36,089 nucleotides of DNA from a virus. Its lineage: Duplodnaviria; Caudoviricetes. Shown piece by piece: positions 28,190-35,929 of the stretch. How positions within the stretch are numbered: position 1 is the stretch's first letter; every line of letters begins with the position of its first letter. The notes under the pieces are model-generated. The model did no database searches, was not told the origin of the DNA, and was given only the letters and a program-made list of their open reading frames with translations. The stretch covers positions 1 through 36,089 of IMG/VR virus record IMGVR_UViG_3300037785_000007; one strand, written 5' to 3'. Position numbers and translations under genes: made by a program.

Positions 28190-29079
28190 TAGGTTGGTAT
28201 CTCGTCATCCGCAGTTCTGATTCGGGCTTCCGTTAGCGACATTGCGAGCGTGACCATCGAAGGTCGACCGCCGCGGTTCAAAGAAACGTTGCCAGTCGGA
28301 GCGTAGTTGACTGTGAAGTTGTTACACATACACGGCTTGAAGTAGTAGAAGTATGGTTCGTCTACGCCGAAGAAAGAGACGTCGATGAGGCTTGGGTAGG
28401 TCAACAGCGCACGACTTACCGAAGAAGATCCACCACCAGTTGTGGCGCCGTCGGTGTAGCGAGGAAGAACCTTGCGACGAATGAACGCTATCATGTCCTT
28501 GATCATCTCGGCTTCTTGAGCGTTGCGAGGAGACAGCGTCCACTGGAAGGAGTGAGACTTCAACTCGACGCCCTTAAACTGTAGAGCGAGGTGCGGGTTA
28601 AGAGCCGTGCCAGTACCTACAGCAACGCCAGCTGCGGCTCCTGGTGCGATGGAGTCTAAGCCCTGTCTAGCTGCGAACGCCGCATACTGAGATGCTACGG
28701 ACAAGACCTGAGCACCAAGTCTTGCAGTTTCGAAGGTGCCCATGAAAGCATCGACATCTTCTCCGATTCCAGAAGCGTTCCCAGAAGTTATATCGGCTGC
28801 GGCGGCGCCAAAAATGCCAAGTTCTGTACCCTGAATGGTGACGGAGTAGCTGTCTTGAAGGTTAGTGGGTATAGGCAGAATGACCGATCCCGAAACTCGC
28901 TCACTGGTGTTCAAGAAGCCAGAACGAATACCCTCACTCCCCTGGTAGCTGTAGTCTCTAAAGAGCAAACCGATGGAGTGAGCGGAAGGAGTCAGTGGAT
29001 AACGGTAGTCTCCCAAGAGTTGGTCTTGTCGGGCTGTAGCGACTTCGCGTTCAACTGTAGCCAATTTTCTATCCTGCAT
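28189..29079 (-). CDS. gp48: Baseplate tail-tube cap gp48
   Basis: ILPIP..LQD.Y, NPHLALQFKGVELKSHSFQWTLSPRN..EA and V.LAMSLTE motifs; upstream of gp53. Confidence 0.85.
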   Translation of the reverse strand: MQDRKLATVEREVATARQDQLLGDYRYPLTPSAHSIGLLFRDYSYQGSEGIRSGFLNTSERVSGSVILPIPTNLQDSYSVTIQGTELGIFGAAAADITSGNASGIGEDVDAFMGTFETARLGAQVLSVASQYAAFAARQGLDSIAPGAAAGVAVGTGTALNPHLALQFKGVELKSHSFQWTLSPRNAQEAEMIKDMIAFIRRKVLPRYTDGATTGGGSSSVSRALLTYPSLIDVSFFGVDEPYFYYFKPCMCNNFTVNYAPTGNVSLNRGGRPSMVTLAMSLTEARIRTADDEIPT

Positions 29080-29108
29080 AAATAGGTTGATCGTACTTAT
29101 TTATGCAG
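29074..29108. promoter_or_regulatory. Divergent pair of late promoter boxes (CATAAATA on + at 29077-29084 and on - at 29105-29098) forming an 11-bp inverted repeat
   Basis: CTGCATAAATA-N13-TATTTATGCAG at the strand switch between gp48 and gp4. Confidence 0.75.
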
Positions 29109-29115
29109 ACTACCA

Positions 29116-29553
29116 ATGCCAAAATACCACCAGGGAAAATTTAAGCCACGGAACCCCAAGAAATACATGGGCGACCCGACGAATATTGTCTACCGTTCTG
29201 GGTGGGAATTGAAACTGATGGTCTACTTAGACAAACACCCGAATGTGCTACAGTGGGGATCCGAAGAACTGGTGATACCGTATCGTAGCCCGATTGACGG
29301 TAAGATTCACCGTTACTTCACCGACTTCATAGTGAAGCAGATAAATAAAGAAGGGAAAACTGAGACCATCGTGATCGAGGTGAAGCCCAAGAAACAGACT
29401 ATCGAACCGACTAAGAAGAACTCGAAATCTAAGCGCTACATTCAGGAAGTGATGACTTGGGGTGTCAATAGCGCTAAGTGGCTAGCCGCAGAAGAGTATT
29501 GCAGAGATAGAGGTTGGAAGTTTCAACTAATGACAGAGGAAGACCTATTCTAA
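29116..29553 (+). CDS. gp4: Head completion nuclease gp4
   Basis: GKFKPRNPKKYMGDPTNIVYRSGWE...WGSEE...RYFTDF...IEVKPKKQ...VNSAKW motifs. Confidence 0.95.
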   Translation: MPKYHQGKFKPRNPKKYMGDPTNIVYRSGWELKLMVYLDKHPNVLQWGSEELVIPYRSPIDGKIHRYFTDFIVKQINKEGKTETIVIEVKPKKQTIEPTKKNSKSKRYIQEVMTWGVNSAKWLAAEEYCRDRGWKFQLMTEEDLF

Positions 29554-30144
29554 ATGCCCAAGGTATTCGACGAAATACTGTTGAGAGGTATACGCTCCGG
29601 CAATCTTCCCGCGCGCGAAAAGAATGCGCGCGACTGGTTTCGGGAGCAGGCGAAAGGCGTCACTCGGGTCAACGATCAGAGATTCATGACAGAAGACCGA
29701 GATCGCTTGAAAGCGCGTCCGCTTCTAGGCAATATGTTCATGTTCTATTATGACGCCAAGCACAAGGCGACTTTGCCATACTTCGACCGACTGCCTCTGA
29801 TATTCCCGTTCAAGAAAGTCAAAGGTGGCTTTTACGGAATCAACATGCACTATCTCCCGCACCGCCAACGCGCCGTGCTAATGGATGAGCTATACAACAT
29901 AACCAACAACAAAAACTTCGATGAGACTACTAAGCTAAAGATCAAGTATCGGACCTTAATGCGAGTTTCTACCTCGGGTAACTTCCAGCCTTGTGTCAAG
30001 CGCTATCTGTCTTCTCACGTAAAGAGTCGGTTCCTCTACATCTACCCGTCCGAGTGGGACATAGCTCTATTCTTACCAACCGAGCGCTTCCAGGGTGCGT
30101 CGAAGACCAAAGTTTGGTCTGACTCTAAAAAGGCAATCAAATGA
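29554..30144 (+). CDS. gp2: DNA end protector gp2
   Basis: MFYYDAKHKATLPYFDRLPL...GFYGINMHYLP...CVKRYL..HV...EWDIALFLPTERF motifs. Confidence 0.95.
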   Translation: MPKVFDEILLRGIRSGNLPAREKNARDWFREQAKGVTRVNDQRFMTEDRDRLKARPLLGNMFMFYYDAKHKATLPYFDRLPLIFPFKKVKGGFYGINMHYLPHRQRAVLMDELYNITNNKNFDETTKLKIKYRTLMRVSTSGNFQPCVKRYLSSHVKSRFLYIYPSEWDIALFLPTERFQGASKTKVWSDSKKAIK

Positions 30145-30896
30145 CGTTTAGCATATCCCAATTCTCGGCGGAAGTCAACAAACATGGTGTCGCCAAGAGC
30201 AACCTGTTCGTAGCTCGCATAACGCCACCTCAGGGGTTGGTCCCAGAAGACACGACCATGGAGCCACAGACCTTGACGTTCCTGTGCTCTGCGGCTTCTC
30301 TTCCGCCAGTGACCATAGAAACTCAGCAGTTCAAGCCTCGGGGATTTGGTCCGTCAGAGTTGCGCCCGAACGGCTTTGAGTTAACGCCGCTAAACACGAT
30401 CTTCATGGTCGATGGCCGCTTCGGAGTCATGCGATTCTTCCATCAGTGGATGCAGCAGATCGTCAACTATGACGTCTCCGGAGGATACTTCTCCGAGTCT
30501 CCCACTGCACTCCTGCCGTATGAGTTCGGCTACCGTGACGACTACGCGGGAACGATGGAGATCATCATGTTCTCGGGGAACGACGGGCAGAACCAGTACA
30601 CCTACAAGTTCAACAACGTCTACCCTGTCAGCGTTGGAGGGATCGAAGTCGCGTGGCAGAATGGCGCCGAAGTCATGACGGTTCCAATCTCTTTCGCCTA
30701 TGACGAGTTGAAGGTCGACGGTACCTTCCAAGGTGTAGCGACGACTCGCTTCAACCGAGCCAACGGGGTATTCACTTACCTTTCGTCGCTAAATACCATT
30801 GGAAACGCAATACAGGGACTACAGTTTCCCCAAGACATCACAGATATCGTAAACGTCGTGGCGAACGCTAACGACATATTCGGTCAACTATACTAA
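30141..30896 (+). CDS. gp54: Tail-tube-like protein / baseplate tail-tube initiator (gp54/gp19 family)
   Basis: GVAKSNLF, LC..ASLP, FFHQWMQ.I, YRDDY and NVYPVSVG..E.....V.FAY motifs; between gp2 and gp26. Confidence 0.7.
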   Translation: MTFSISQFSAEVNKHGVAKSNLFVARITPPQGLVPEDTTMEPQTLTFLCSAASLPPVTIETQQFKPRGFGPSELRPNGFELTPLNTIFMVDGRFGVMRFFHQWMQQIVNYDVSGGYFSESPTALLPYEFGYRDDYAGTMEIIMFSGNDGQNQYTYKFNNVYPVSVGGIEVAWQNGAEVMTVPISFAYDELKVDGTFQGVATTRFNRANGVFTYLSSLNTIGNAIQGLQFPQDITDIVNVVANANDIFGQLY

Positions 30897-30908
30897 TGGA
30901 GATACAAC

Positions 30909-31592
30909 ATGGCTCTGCCTAAGATTCAGCAACCGCTATTTGAACTGAAAATACCCTCGACCAATCAACCGATCAAGTACCGACCATTCACGGTCAAAGA
31001 AGAGAAGATTCTTCTTATGGCTAAGGAGTCGGAATCGACCGAGCAAGCGATTCTAGCCATCAAGCAGGTGCTAGGAAACTGCCTACAAGACGTGGACGTC
31101 GATTCTCTAGCCATCTTCGACGTGGAGTACATCCTGCTTAACGTTCGTGGTAAGTCGGTCAACAACATCGTAGAGTTCACTGTTGTGGACGACGAAACGG
31201 AAGAGAAGGTCGACCTGTCGTTTGATATCGATCAAGTCACCATCGACAAAGACAAGGCTCATACCAACCTCATAGACGTCACCGACAAGGTCAAGATCGT
31301 CTTGAAGTACCCGTCCATCGACCTAGCCCTGAGTGTACGTAACGCTGACACCCTTGGAATCGTCAAGTCTTGTCTGCATCAAGTGGTAGAGGGAGAGTCC
31401 GTTTACGTGGTAAGCGACTTCACCGATGATGAGGTAACCGAGTTCGTCGAATCTCTATCCGGTCCTGTTCTTGTCAAGATCAAGAACTTTTTCGATACCA
31501 TGCCGAAGATGAAGATCGAAATTCCATACACCAATAGCGCAGGCAAGAAGAAGACTTTCGTGGCCAAGGGAACCGAGACTTTTTTTATCTGA
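30909..31592 (+). CDS. gp26: Baseplate hub assembly protein gp26
   Basis: MALPKI..P.FEL.IPS....IKYRPFTVKEEKILLMAKES...FDVEYILLNVRGKSV...FFDTMPK...G.ETFF motifs. Confidence 0.93.
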   Translation: MALPKIQQPLFELKIPSTNQPIKYRPFTVKEEKILLMAKESESTEQAILAIKQVLGNCLQDVDVDSLAIFDVEYILLNVRGKSVNNIVEFTVVDDETEEKVDLSFDIDQVTIDKDKAHTNLIDVTDKVKIVLKYPSIDLALSVRNADTLGIVKSCLHQVVEGESVYVVSDFTDDEVTEFVESLSGPVLVKIKNFFDTMPKMKIEIPYTNSAGKKKTFVAKGTETFFI

Positions 31593-31618
31593 GCCTGAGT
31601 CACACTAACCTCAGGCTC
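31580..31618 (+). promoter_or_regulatory. Putative -1 programmed ribosomal frameshift signal
   Basis: Heptamer T TTT TTT (31580-31586), spacer ATCT, then hairpin GAGCCTGAG (31591-31599) / CTCAGGCTC (31610-31618). Confidence 0.75.
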
Positions 31619-31756
31619 TATTACAGTACCGTATTCTCTCTAGCCCAACACCACAAATACCAGATCAGTGAAATTGAGAACCTGCTGCCATTTGAACGGG
31701 ACATCTACTTCGATATGCTACTACAGCACCTAGAAAGAGAAAAGAACAATGGCTGA
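31580..31756 (+). CDS. gp51: gp51-like baseplate hub assembly catalyst frame with no start codon, likely expressed as a -1 frameshift extension of gp26
   Basis: The -1 frame reads FFYLSLSHTNLRLYYSTVFSLAQHHKYQISEIENLLPFERDIYFDMLLQHLEREKNNG* (gp51-type HHKY.L.EIENM.P.ERDIY). There is no ATG/GTG/TTG between the in-frame TAG at 31535 and the conserved block. Confidence 0.85.
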   Translation, partial: FFYLSLSHTNLRLYYSTVFSLAQHHKYQISEIENLLPFERDIYFDMLLQHLEREKNNG

Positions 31757-33434
31757 CCGCAGTCTAAAAGACATCGCTGAATCCATCGCTGAATCCATCA
31801 CGCTCATTGTAGAAGCCGACAAGAACGTCGGCAACATAACTTCTATAGTGGACGACATAAGCTCGACCCTGTACGAACAGCTAAGCTTCCTAGAGATGAT
31901 GTCGGACTCTCTGGATGACCTGTTGCAGAGTCGAGTTGGTGGAACTGGAGACTCGGCCAGCGCTGAAAGTTCTAACCCGCTGGAAGCGCTGACCAAAATA
32001 GCAAAAGACCAGCTCCAGAACTTGGCGGAAATCTCTGCGTCTCTAAAGGAGACCCTAGCGTTTCAGAAAGAAGATGCGCTAGACCGTGCTAGGAGAGAAC
32101 AGCTTGGCGGGAGTGGAGGTGGTGGACCAGAACCAGAAGAGGATGCGGCTCCTGCGCGTCGTTCTCGCCGAGAACCGAGCGAAGACAGCGGCAACGTGTT
32201 CGGAGATGTTCTGCAGGGAACTCTCTACGGATCTATCCTGTCTTCTCTAACCAGTAGTCTGGCTACACTTGGTAAGTCTCTCCTACCAGGTATCAAGGGT
32301 CTGCGTGGTCTTCTCAAGACTGGTGGAATTACTCTGGTTATCTGGGGGATCTATGAGATATTCAAAGACATCGGAGAGAATGAGAACTTCCAGAATCTCC
32401 TCGTCAAAATTCAAGAAATTTGGAACAACCGGATTATTCCTTCGTTCCAATCCATAGTCCAGTCTCTAACCGACATTGGAGAAATAGTATCCTCAGCCTT
32501 TGGTGGTGAATCTGTGAACGATTTGCGGATATTTGTGCAGAACGTGTTTATCGCGGCGGTCGAAGACTTAGTTTCGATATTTGCAAGCTTAGTTAAATCT
32601 CTGTCTGGTGTGGTGCAATGGGTGTCTGGTTTAGTAGACATATTCGCCGGTGTAATAACCGGAGACTGGACTAAAGTTAAAGAGGGATTTTTGAAGGCAA
32701 TCACGGGTGCGTTGAAATTTTACGACGGTATAATCGAATCGCTACTCACACTCATTGGCTTTGACGTAGAAGTTGATTCACTCTCTGCTATTAAGAATGC
32801 CTGGGCAGCTACAGTAGGTTTCATATCAGATGAGATAGAGGCAGCTATTTCTGGTCTAAAAGACATCGGGGATTTCATTAAGAGTATACCAGAGCGTATA
32901 TCAAACGGGATAGATTTTCTTGCCGAAAAGCTTTCGGAGTTTACTGATTATCTCGTTACTATACCAACTCGCCTCAAGTTGTCGGCGCAAGAGCTATGGG
33001 CCAACACTCAGGCTGCGTTCATGCGAAAGATAGCCGAGCTGGTCGACTGGTTCACGTCGCTCCCAGAGCGAATCATGCTGGCTGTCAACCGTTTTGTTCT
33101 GGAAAAGGGCGGAATCGCTGCGTCGATATTCGGCGTAGATGAAGAGTCTATAGCGGAGCAAGAGGCTGCCCTAGAAGCCAGACGTGGAATGTCTCAAGAA
33201 GCTCTGGATCAGATCGAACAGACTCGCCTCGAGGCGCTGGCTGCTATCGAAGAACAGCGGCGTCGTCTAGACCAAGCCAACGAAGCGGTCGACCGAACAG
33301 GTACAGGCGCTGCGCCTCAAGTCTTGGCGCCAAACAACAGCACCACCGATGCCCGTCGATACTCGACCACCAACAACACCTTCGTCACTGCACCCAACCC
33401 GCTTGCAGGTGTAGATCGCGCGATGCCACAATAA
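31749..33434 (+). CDS. gp29: Tape-measure-like protein, gp29 position (561 aa)
   Basis: Mostly amphipathic helical, with a central hydrophobic stretch and W/F-spaced repeats (TGDWTKVKEGF, NAWAATVGF); follows gp26/gp51. Confidence 0.7.
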   Translation: MADRSLKDIAESIAESITLIVEADKNVGNITSIVDDISSTLYEQLSFLEMMSDSLDDLLQSRVGGTGDSASAESSNPLEALTKIAKDQLQNLAEISASLKETLAFQKEDALDRARREQLGGSGGGGPEPEEDAAPARRSRREPSEDSGNVFGDVLQGTLYGSILSSLTSSLATLGKSLLPGIKGLRGLLKTGGITLVIWGIYEIFKDIGENENFQNLLVKIQEIWNNRIIPSFQSIVQSLTDIGEIVSSAFGGESVNDLRIFVQNVFIAAVEDLVSIFASLVKSLSGVVQWVSGLVDIFAGVITGDWTKVKEGFLKAITGALKFYDGIIESLLTLIGFDVEVDSLSAIKNAWAATVGFISDEIEAAISGLKDIGDFIKSIPERISNGIDFLAEKLSEFTDYLVTIPTRLKLSAQELWANTQAAFMRKIAELVDWFTSLPERIMLAVNRFVLEKGGIAASIFGVDEESIAEQEAALEARRGMSQEALDQIEQTRLEALAAIEEQRRRLDQANEAVDRTGTGAAPQVLAPNNSTTDARRYSTTNNTFVTAPNPLAGVDRAMPQ

Positions 33435-33464
33435 AAGGGGGCGAACTAACGCCCCCTTCGCTTT
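33432..33464. terminator. Intrinsic terminator between the convergent tape-measure and gp32 genes
   Basis: AAGGGGGCG-AACTAA-CGCCCCCTT stem-loop (33435-33458); T-run on the minus strand, weaker on the plus strand. Confidence 0.8.
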
Positions 33465-33478
33465 CGCGTATCTCTGGA

Positions 33479-34396
33479 TCAGCCTTCTGCGAGGTCTCGG
33501 AAGAACGCCATTGCGTCGTCGTCATCATCCCCGTCCGAAGACGTAGCAGGTGCCGACGTGGCTTCCTTCTCCTTGAAGTTCGGCTTGAAGTCCATCTCTT
33601 CCCGATCTTGGCTCGCTTCTTTCTTCGACGAACCGCCATCCGATAGATTCAGGCCCAGGACCTTGTAGAGCTTACCCTGAAGCTCTTCGTAAGACTTGAA
33701 GTTCTTCGGGTCTACGATCTCGGCTAGCGAGAACTGTTGCTTCCAGACCGCTTCCATCTCGTCATCGGACATCTTGGATCCATCAGGATGAGTGATGGAA
33801 CCCGAATCGGCGAACTCCGACTTGTCGTAGTTGCGGTAGCCCTCGACGTTACGTGCCTTCAGTTTGAAGTCGGCACCTTCCCACAGATCAAACGGGTTGA
33901 TCGGAGTCTCGTCTTCGAACTGAGGGTTCATCAGGTCGTTCAGCTTGTCGAAAATCTTCTTCCCGAACTTGAACTTGAACACCTTGCCTTCGTTCTGAGG
34001 ATTAGCGGGATCCTTCACGATGTAGACGTTGGCGTGGTAAGACAGACGACGCTTCTGCTTACGTGCCTGATCCTTGTCTTCGTCGTGGCCCGAGTTCCAG
34101 AGCTTGGAGTTGAACTCGCTGACCGGGTCGTCTTTGCCGAGGGTCGTCAGAGAGTTTTCGATGTACCAGCCACCAGGACCCTGGAAACCGTGATCCCATA
34201 GACGAACGAAAGGCATGTCTTCGCCGTCAGGTGCAGGGAGGAATCGAAGGATCGCGTAGCCGTTACCAGCTTTATCAACTTCAAGGGTCCAGTAGTCTTC
34301 GTTACCCTTGTTGCCACCACCGTCCATGTTCTTCAACTGAGCGCTTAGCTTGTCTAGGCTGTTGGAACGGTTCTTCTTGAGGTCTGCAAAACCCAT
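33479..34396 (-). CDS. gp32: Single-stranded DNA-binding protein gp32
   Basis: DKAGNGYAILRFLPAP, HGFQGPGGWYIENSLTT, FGKKIFDK, PFDLWEGADFKLK and YRNYDKSEF motifs, with an acidic tail. Confidence 0.97.
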   Translation of the reverse strand: MGFADLKKNRSNSLDKLSAQLKNMDGGGNKGNEDYWTLEVDKAGNGYAILRFLPAPDGEDMPFVRLWDHGFQGPGGWYIENSLTTLGKDDPVSEFNSKLWNSGHDEDKDQARKQKRRLSYHANVYIVKDPANPQNEGKVFKFKFGKKIFDKLNDLMNPQFEDETPINPFDLWEGADFKLKARNVEGYRNYDKSEFADSGSITHPDGSKMSDDEMEAVWKQQFSLAEIVDPKNFKSYEELQGKLYKVLGLNLSDGGSSKKEASQDREEMDFKPNFKEKEATSAPATSSDGDDDDDAMAFFRDLAEG

Positions 34397-34470
34397 GTCT
34401 GTATCTCCGTATTTGTGTATGCGGTGTATTTGATTATTGGTGTGCTGTGTATCGCACGACTTTATTTATG
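34397..34470 (-). promoter_or_regulatory. gp32 leader: late box CATAAATA (34470-34463) and an A/C-rich leader with five ATAC repeats
   Basis: The mRNA-sense leader reads GTCGTGCGATACACAGCACACCAATAATCAAATACACCGCATACACAAATACGGAGATACAGAC-ATG. Confidence 0.55.
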
Positions 34471-35059
34471 CAGCCTGTAGGCTGCTCACTTTCTCCATGA
34501 CCAAGTTCCTGAACTTAGGCTTGTCGTACTCTATGAAGGGATGGTACTTCTTGAGCCTCATCAGGATATCAGGGAAGACTATGGTGTCTGCTATGTTAGC
34601 GACCCAGTAGTCTTCACATCCAGTAAACCGCAACAGTATCGATGCGGTTTCTAAGCTTATAGCATCTTCCTGCACCAATGTCAAGAGATTTGGATGCTGG
34701 CCGTTCACGACTTTCACTTCTTCCCGGAGGTCGTCCTGAAGCTTGCTCAGGTCCGACTTGAAGGTGTACGTGATAGACTGGTTGCGTCGAATCCAGTCTA
34801 GATGAGTCGCCTTAGCCTCTTCGCTGTCTGCTAAGCTCCCAATCCACAGGGAAGGGTCTTCGACCAAGTTTGCCAATAGATACTGTTCCCAGTCTGAAAT
34901 CTTGCTCACCTTGACGAAGAAGTGTCGGTCTCTCCTCTTATCGAAGGAATCTCTGGTGACTCGGACCTTACCATTGTACTTGAAGTAGTCGTACGAACTG
35001 GTGAAGTGCCGTTTGAGCGCCAGGTACTTGATGTAGACTTGGAACGGATCCGTTTTCAT
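34466..35059 (-). CDS. gp59: Helicase loader gp59
   Basis: YLALKRHFT..YDYFKYNGK....SFDKRRDRHFF and ISLET motifs; gp33-gp59-gp32 synteny. Confidence 0.92.
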   Translation of the reverse strand: MKTDPFQVYIKYLALKRHFTSSYDYFKYNGKVRVTRDSFDKRRDRHFFVKVSKISDWEQYLLANLVEDPSLWIGSLADSEEAKATHLDWIRRNQSITYTFKSDLSKLQDDLREEVKVVNGQHPNLLTLVQEDAISLETASILLRFTGCEDYWVANIADTIVFPDILMRLKKYHPFIEYDKPKFRNLVMEKVSSLQAA

Positions 35060-35298
35060 ATCGGCAGACGGTCTCCCCTTTCGATTAGGTTAAGCTTCTC
35101 CGCGTCTTCGGTGATCCTAGATCGGATAGACGGGACTTCTTTCACTAGATCCGCTAGGGTCTCTATTTCGATGTCGTGGACCTCTGCATAGTGTACGATG
35201 GCATCTATCACAGACACTTCGCGGTTAGTGTACGAGAGGATCTCCGTGACGATGGACTCTCGCTTCTTGGCAACCTGTTTTTCTAGAACGTCATCCAT
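35056..35298 (-). CDS. gp33: Late transcription coactivator gp33
   Basis: SVIDAIVHYAEVHDIEIE...DAEKLNL...RLPI motifs; synteny. Confidence 0.85.
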   Translation of the reverse strand: MDDVLEKQVAKKRESIVTEILSYTNREVSVIDAIVHYAEVHDIEIETLADLVKEVPSIRSRITEDAEKLNLIERGDRLPI

Positions 35299-35488
35299 TG
35301 AGTTGCTTCAGGCTGTTGGACCAAGTCTTGCAGAGGTACAGAGCTTCTTCGAGCGTTCCAGAGGTAGCTACTCCCGCTGTATCGCCTCGGGGGTTCATGT
35401 GGTTGATGACGAACCTTCCGTCTTCGCTCTTGAAGATCCTCGAAGTCGTCCCGTTTTCTTCATTGGTGTGGATAGTGACCAGTTCCAT
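35291..35488 (-). CDS. Hypothetical protein (65 aa)
   Basis: SD GAGGG upstream; overlaps the gp33 start. Confidence 0.6.
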   Translation of the reverse strand: MELVTIHTNEENGTTSRIFKSEDGRFVINHMNPRGDTAGVATSGTLEEALYLCKTWSNSLKQLNG

Positions 35489-35511
35489 GTATATCCCTCA
35501 TGTAGATGTAG

Positions 35512-35566
35512 GAGTGGGGGCTGACCGTTGACCCCCACGGGACTATTTCTGGCGTCCAACCCAAGC
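35512..35566 (-). ncRNA. Unassigned structured intergenic element (possible small pseudoknot plus hairpin)
   Basis: GGGTTGGACGCCAGAAATAGTCC (GGAC/GTCC pairing) followed by GTGGGGG-TCAACGGTCAG-CCCCCAC; no U-tract. Confidence 0.35.
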
Positions 35567-35575
35567 GCTAGAGGA

Positions 35576-35902
35576 TCAGAACTCTAGCGAAACCCCGATC
35601 GCGGTTTCTTGACGTTTGAAGTCCGCGTCGGCTTCAAGACGAACGAAAGCGGTGAAGTTTTCGTTGATGTCGTAAGCGGCGGTCAGCTTGGCTTCGGTGA
35701 AGGCGAAGTTGCCACCAGCGTCGTTGAAAGCGACTTCCGGAGTGATGGTAAACTGATAGACAGCGACGTCCGCGCCAGCTTCGAGCTGGAACACCTTGGC
35801 TGCGGTCTGATACTCAGCGGTACCAAAGTAGGTGACGTCTGCGGCGACGGCTGCGCCCGAAAGACCGAAGATAGCGCCGAGAGCGAGAAGAGTGGTTTTC
35901 AT
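35576..35902 (-). CDS. Small exported outer-membrane beta-strand protein (108 aa)
   Basis: The ATG at 35902 has SD GGAG. Sec signal MKTTLLALGAIFGLSGAAVA|A, alternating amphipathic strands, and a C-terminal AIGVSLEF beta-signal ending in Phe. Confidence 0.8.
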   Translation of the reverse strand: MKTTLLALGAIFGLSGAAVAADVTYFGTAEYQTAAKVFQLEAGADVAVYQFTITPEVAFNDAGGNFAFTEAKLTAAYDINENFTAFVRLEADADFKRQETAIGVSLEF

Positions 35903-35929
35903 GTGATAGTCTCCATTGTTTTGTGGGAA

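Noticed and set aside
759-28543. Numerous short antisense or alternate-frame ORFs in the track (e.g. 759-1187, 2516-2722, 4952-5266, 8548-9072, 14250-14633)
   Set aside because: These are shadows of long, well-supported genes. They repeat with the fibre repeats and lack an RBS or recognisable motifs.
29116-29553. TnsA-like endonuclease indicating a Tn7 element
   Set aside because: The sequence and synteny with gp2 identify it as head completion protein gp4; no transposon genes or ends are present.
411-35902. Possible TAG stop-codon reassignment (none of the accepted genes ends in TAG)
   Set aside because: Genes are full length under the standard code with no in-frame TAG interruptions, so simple stop-codon preference explains it.
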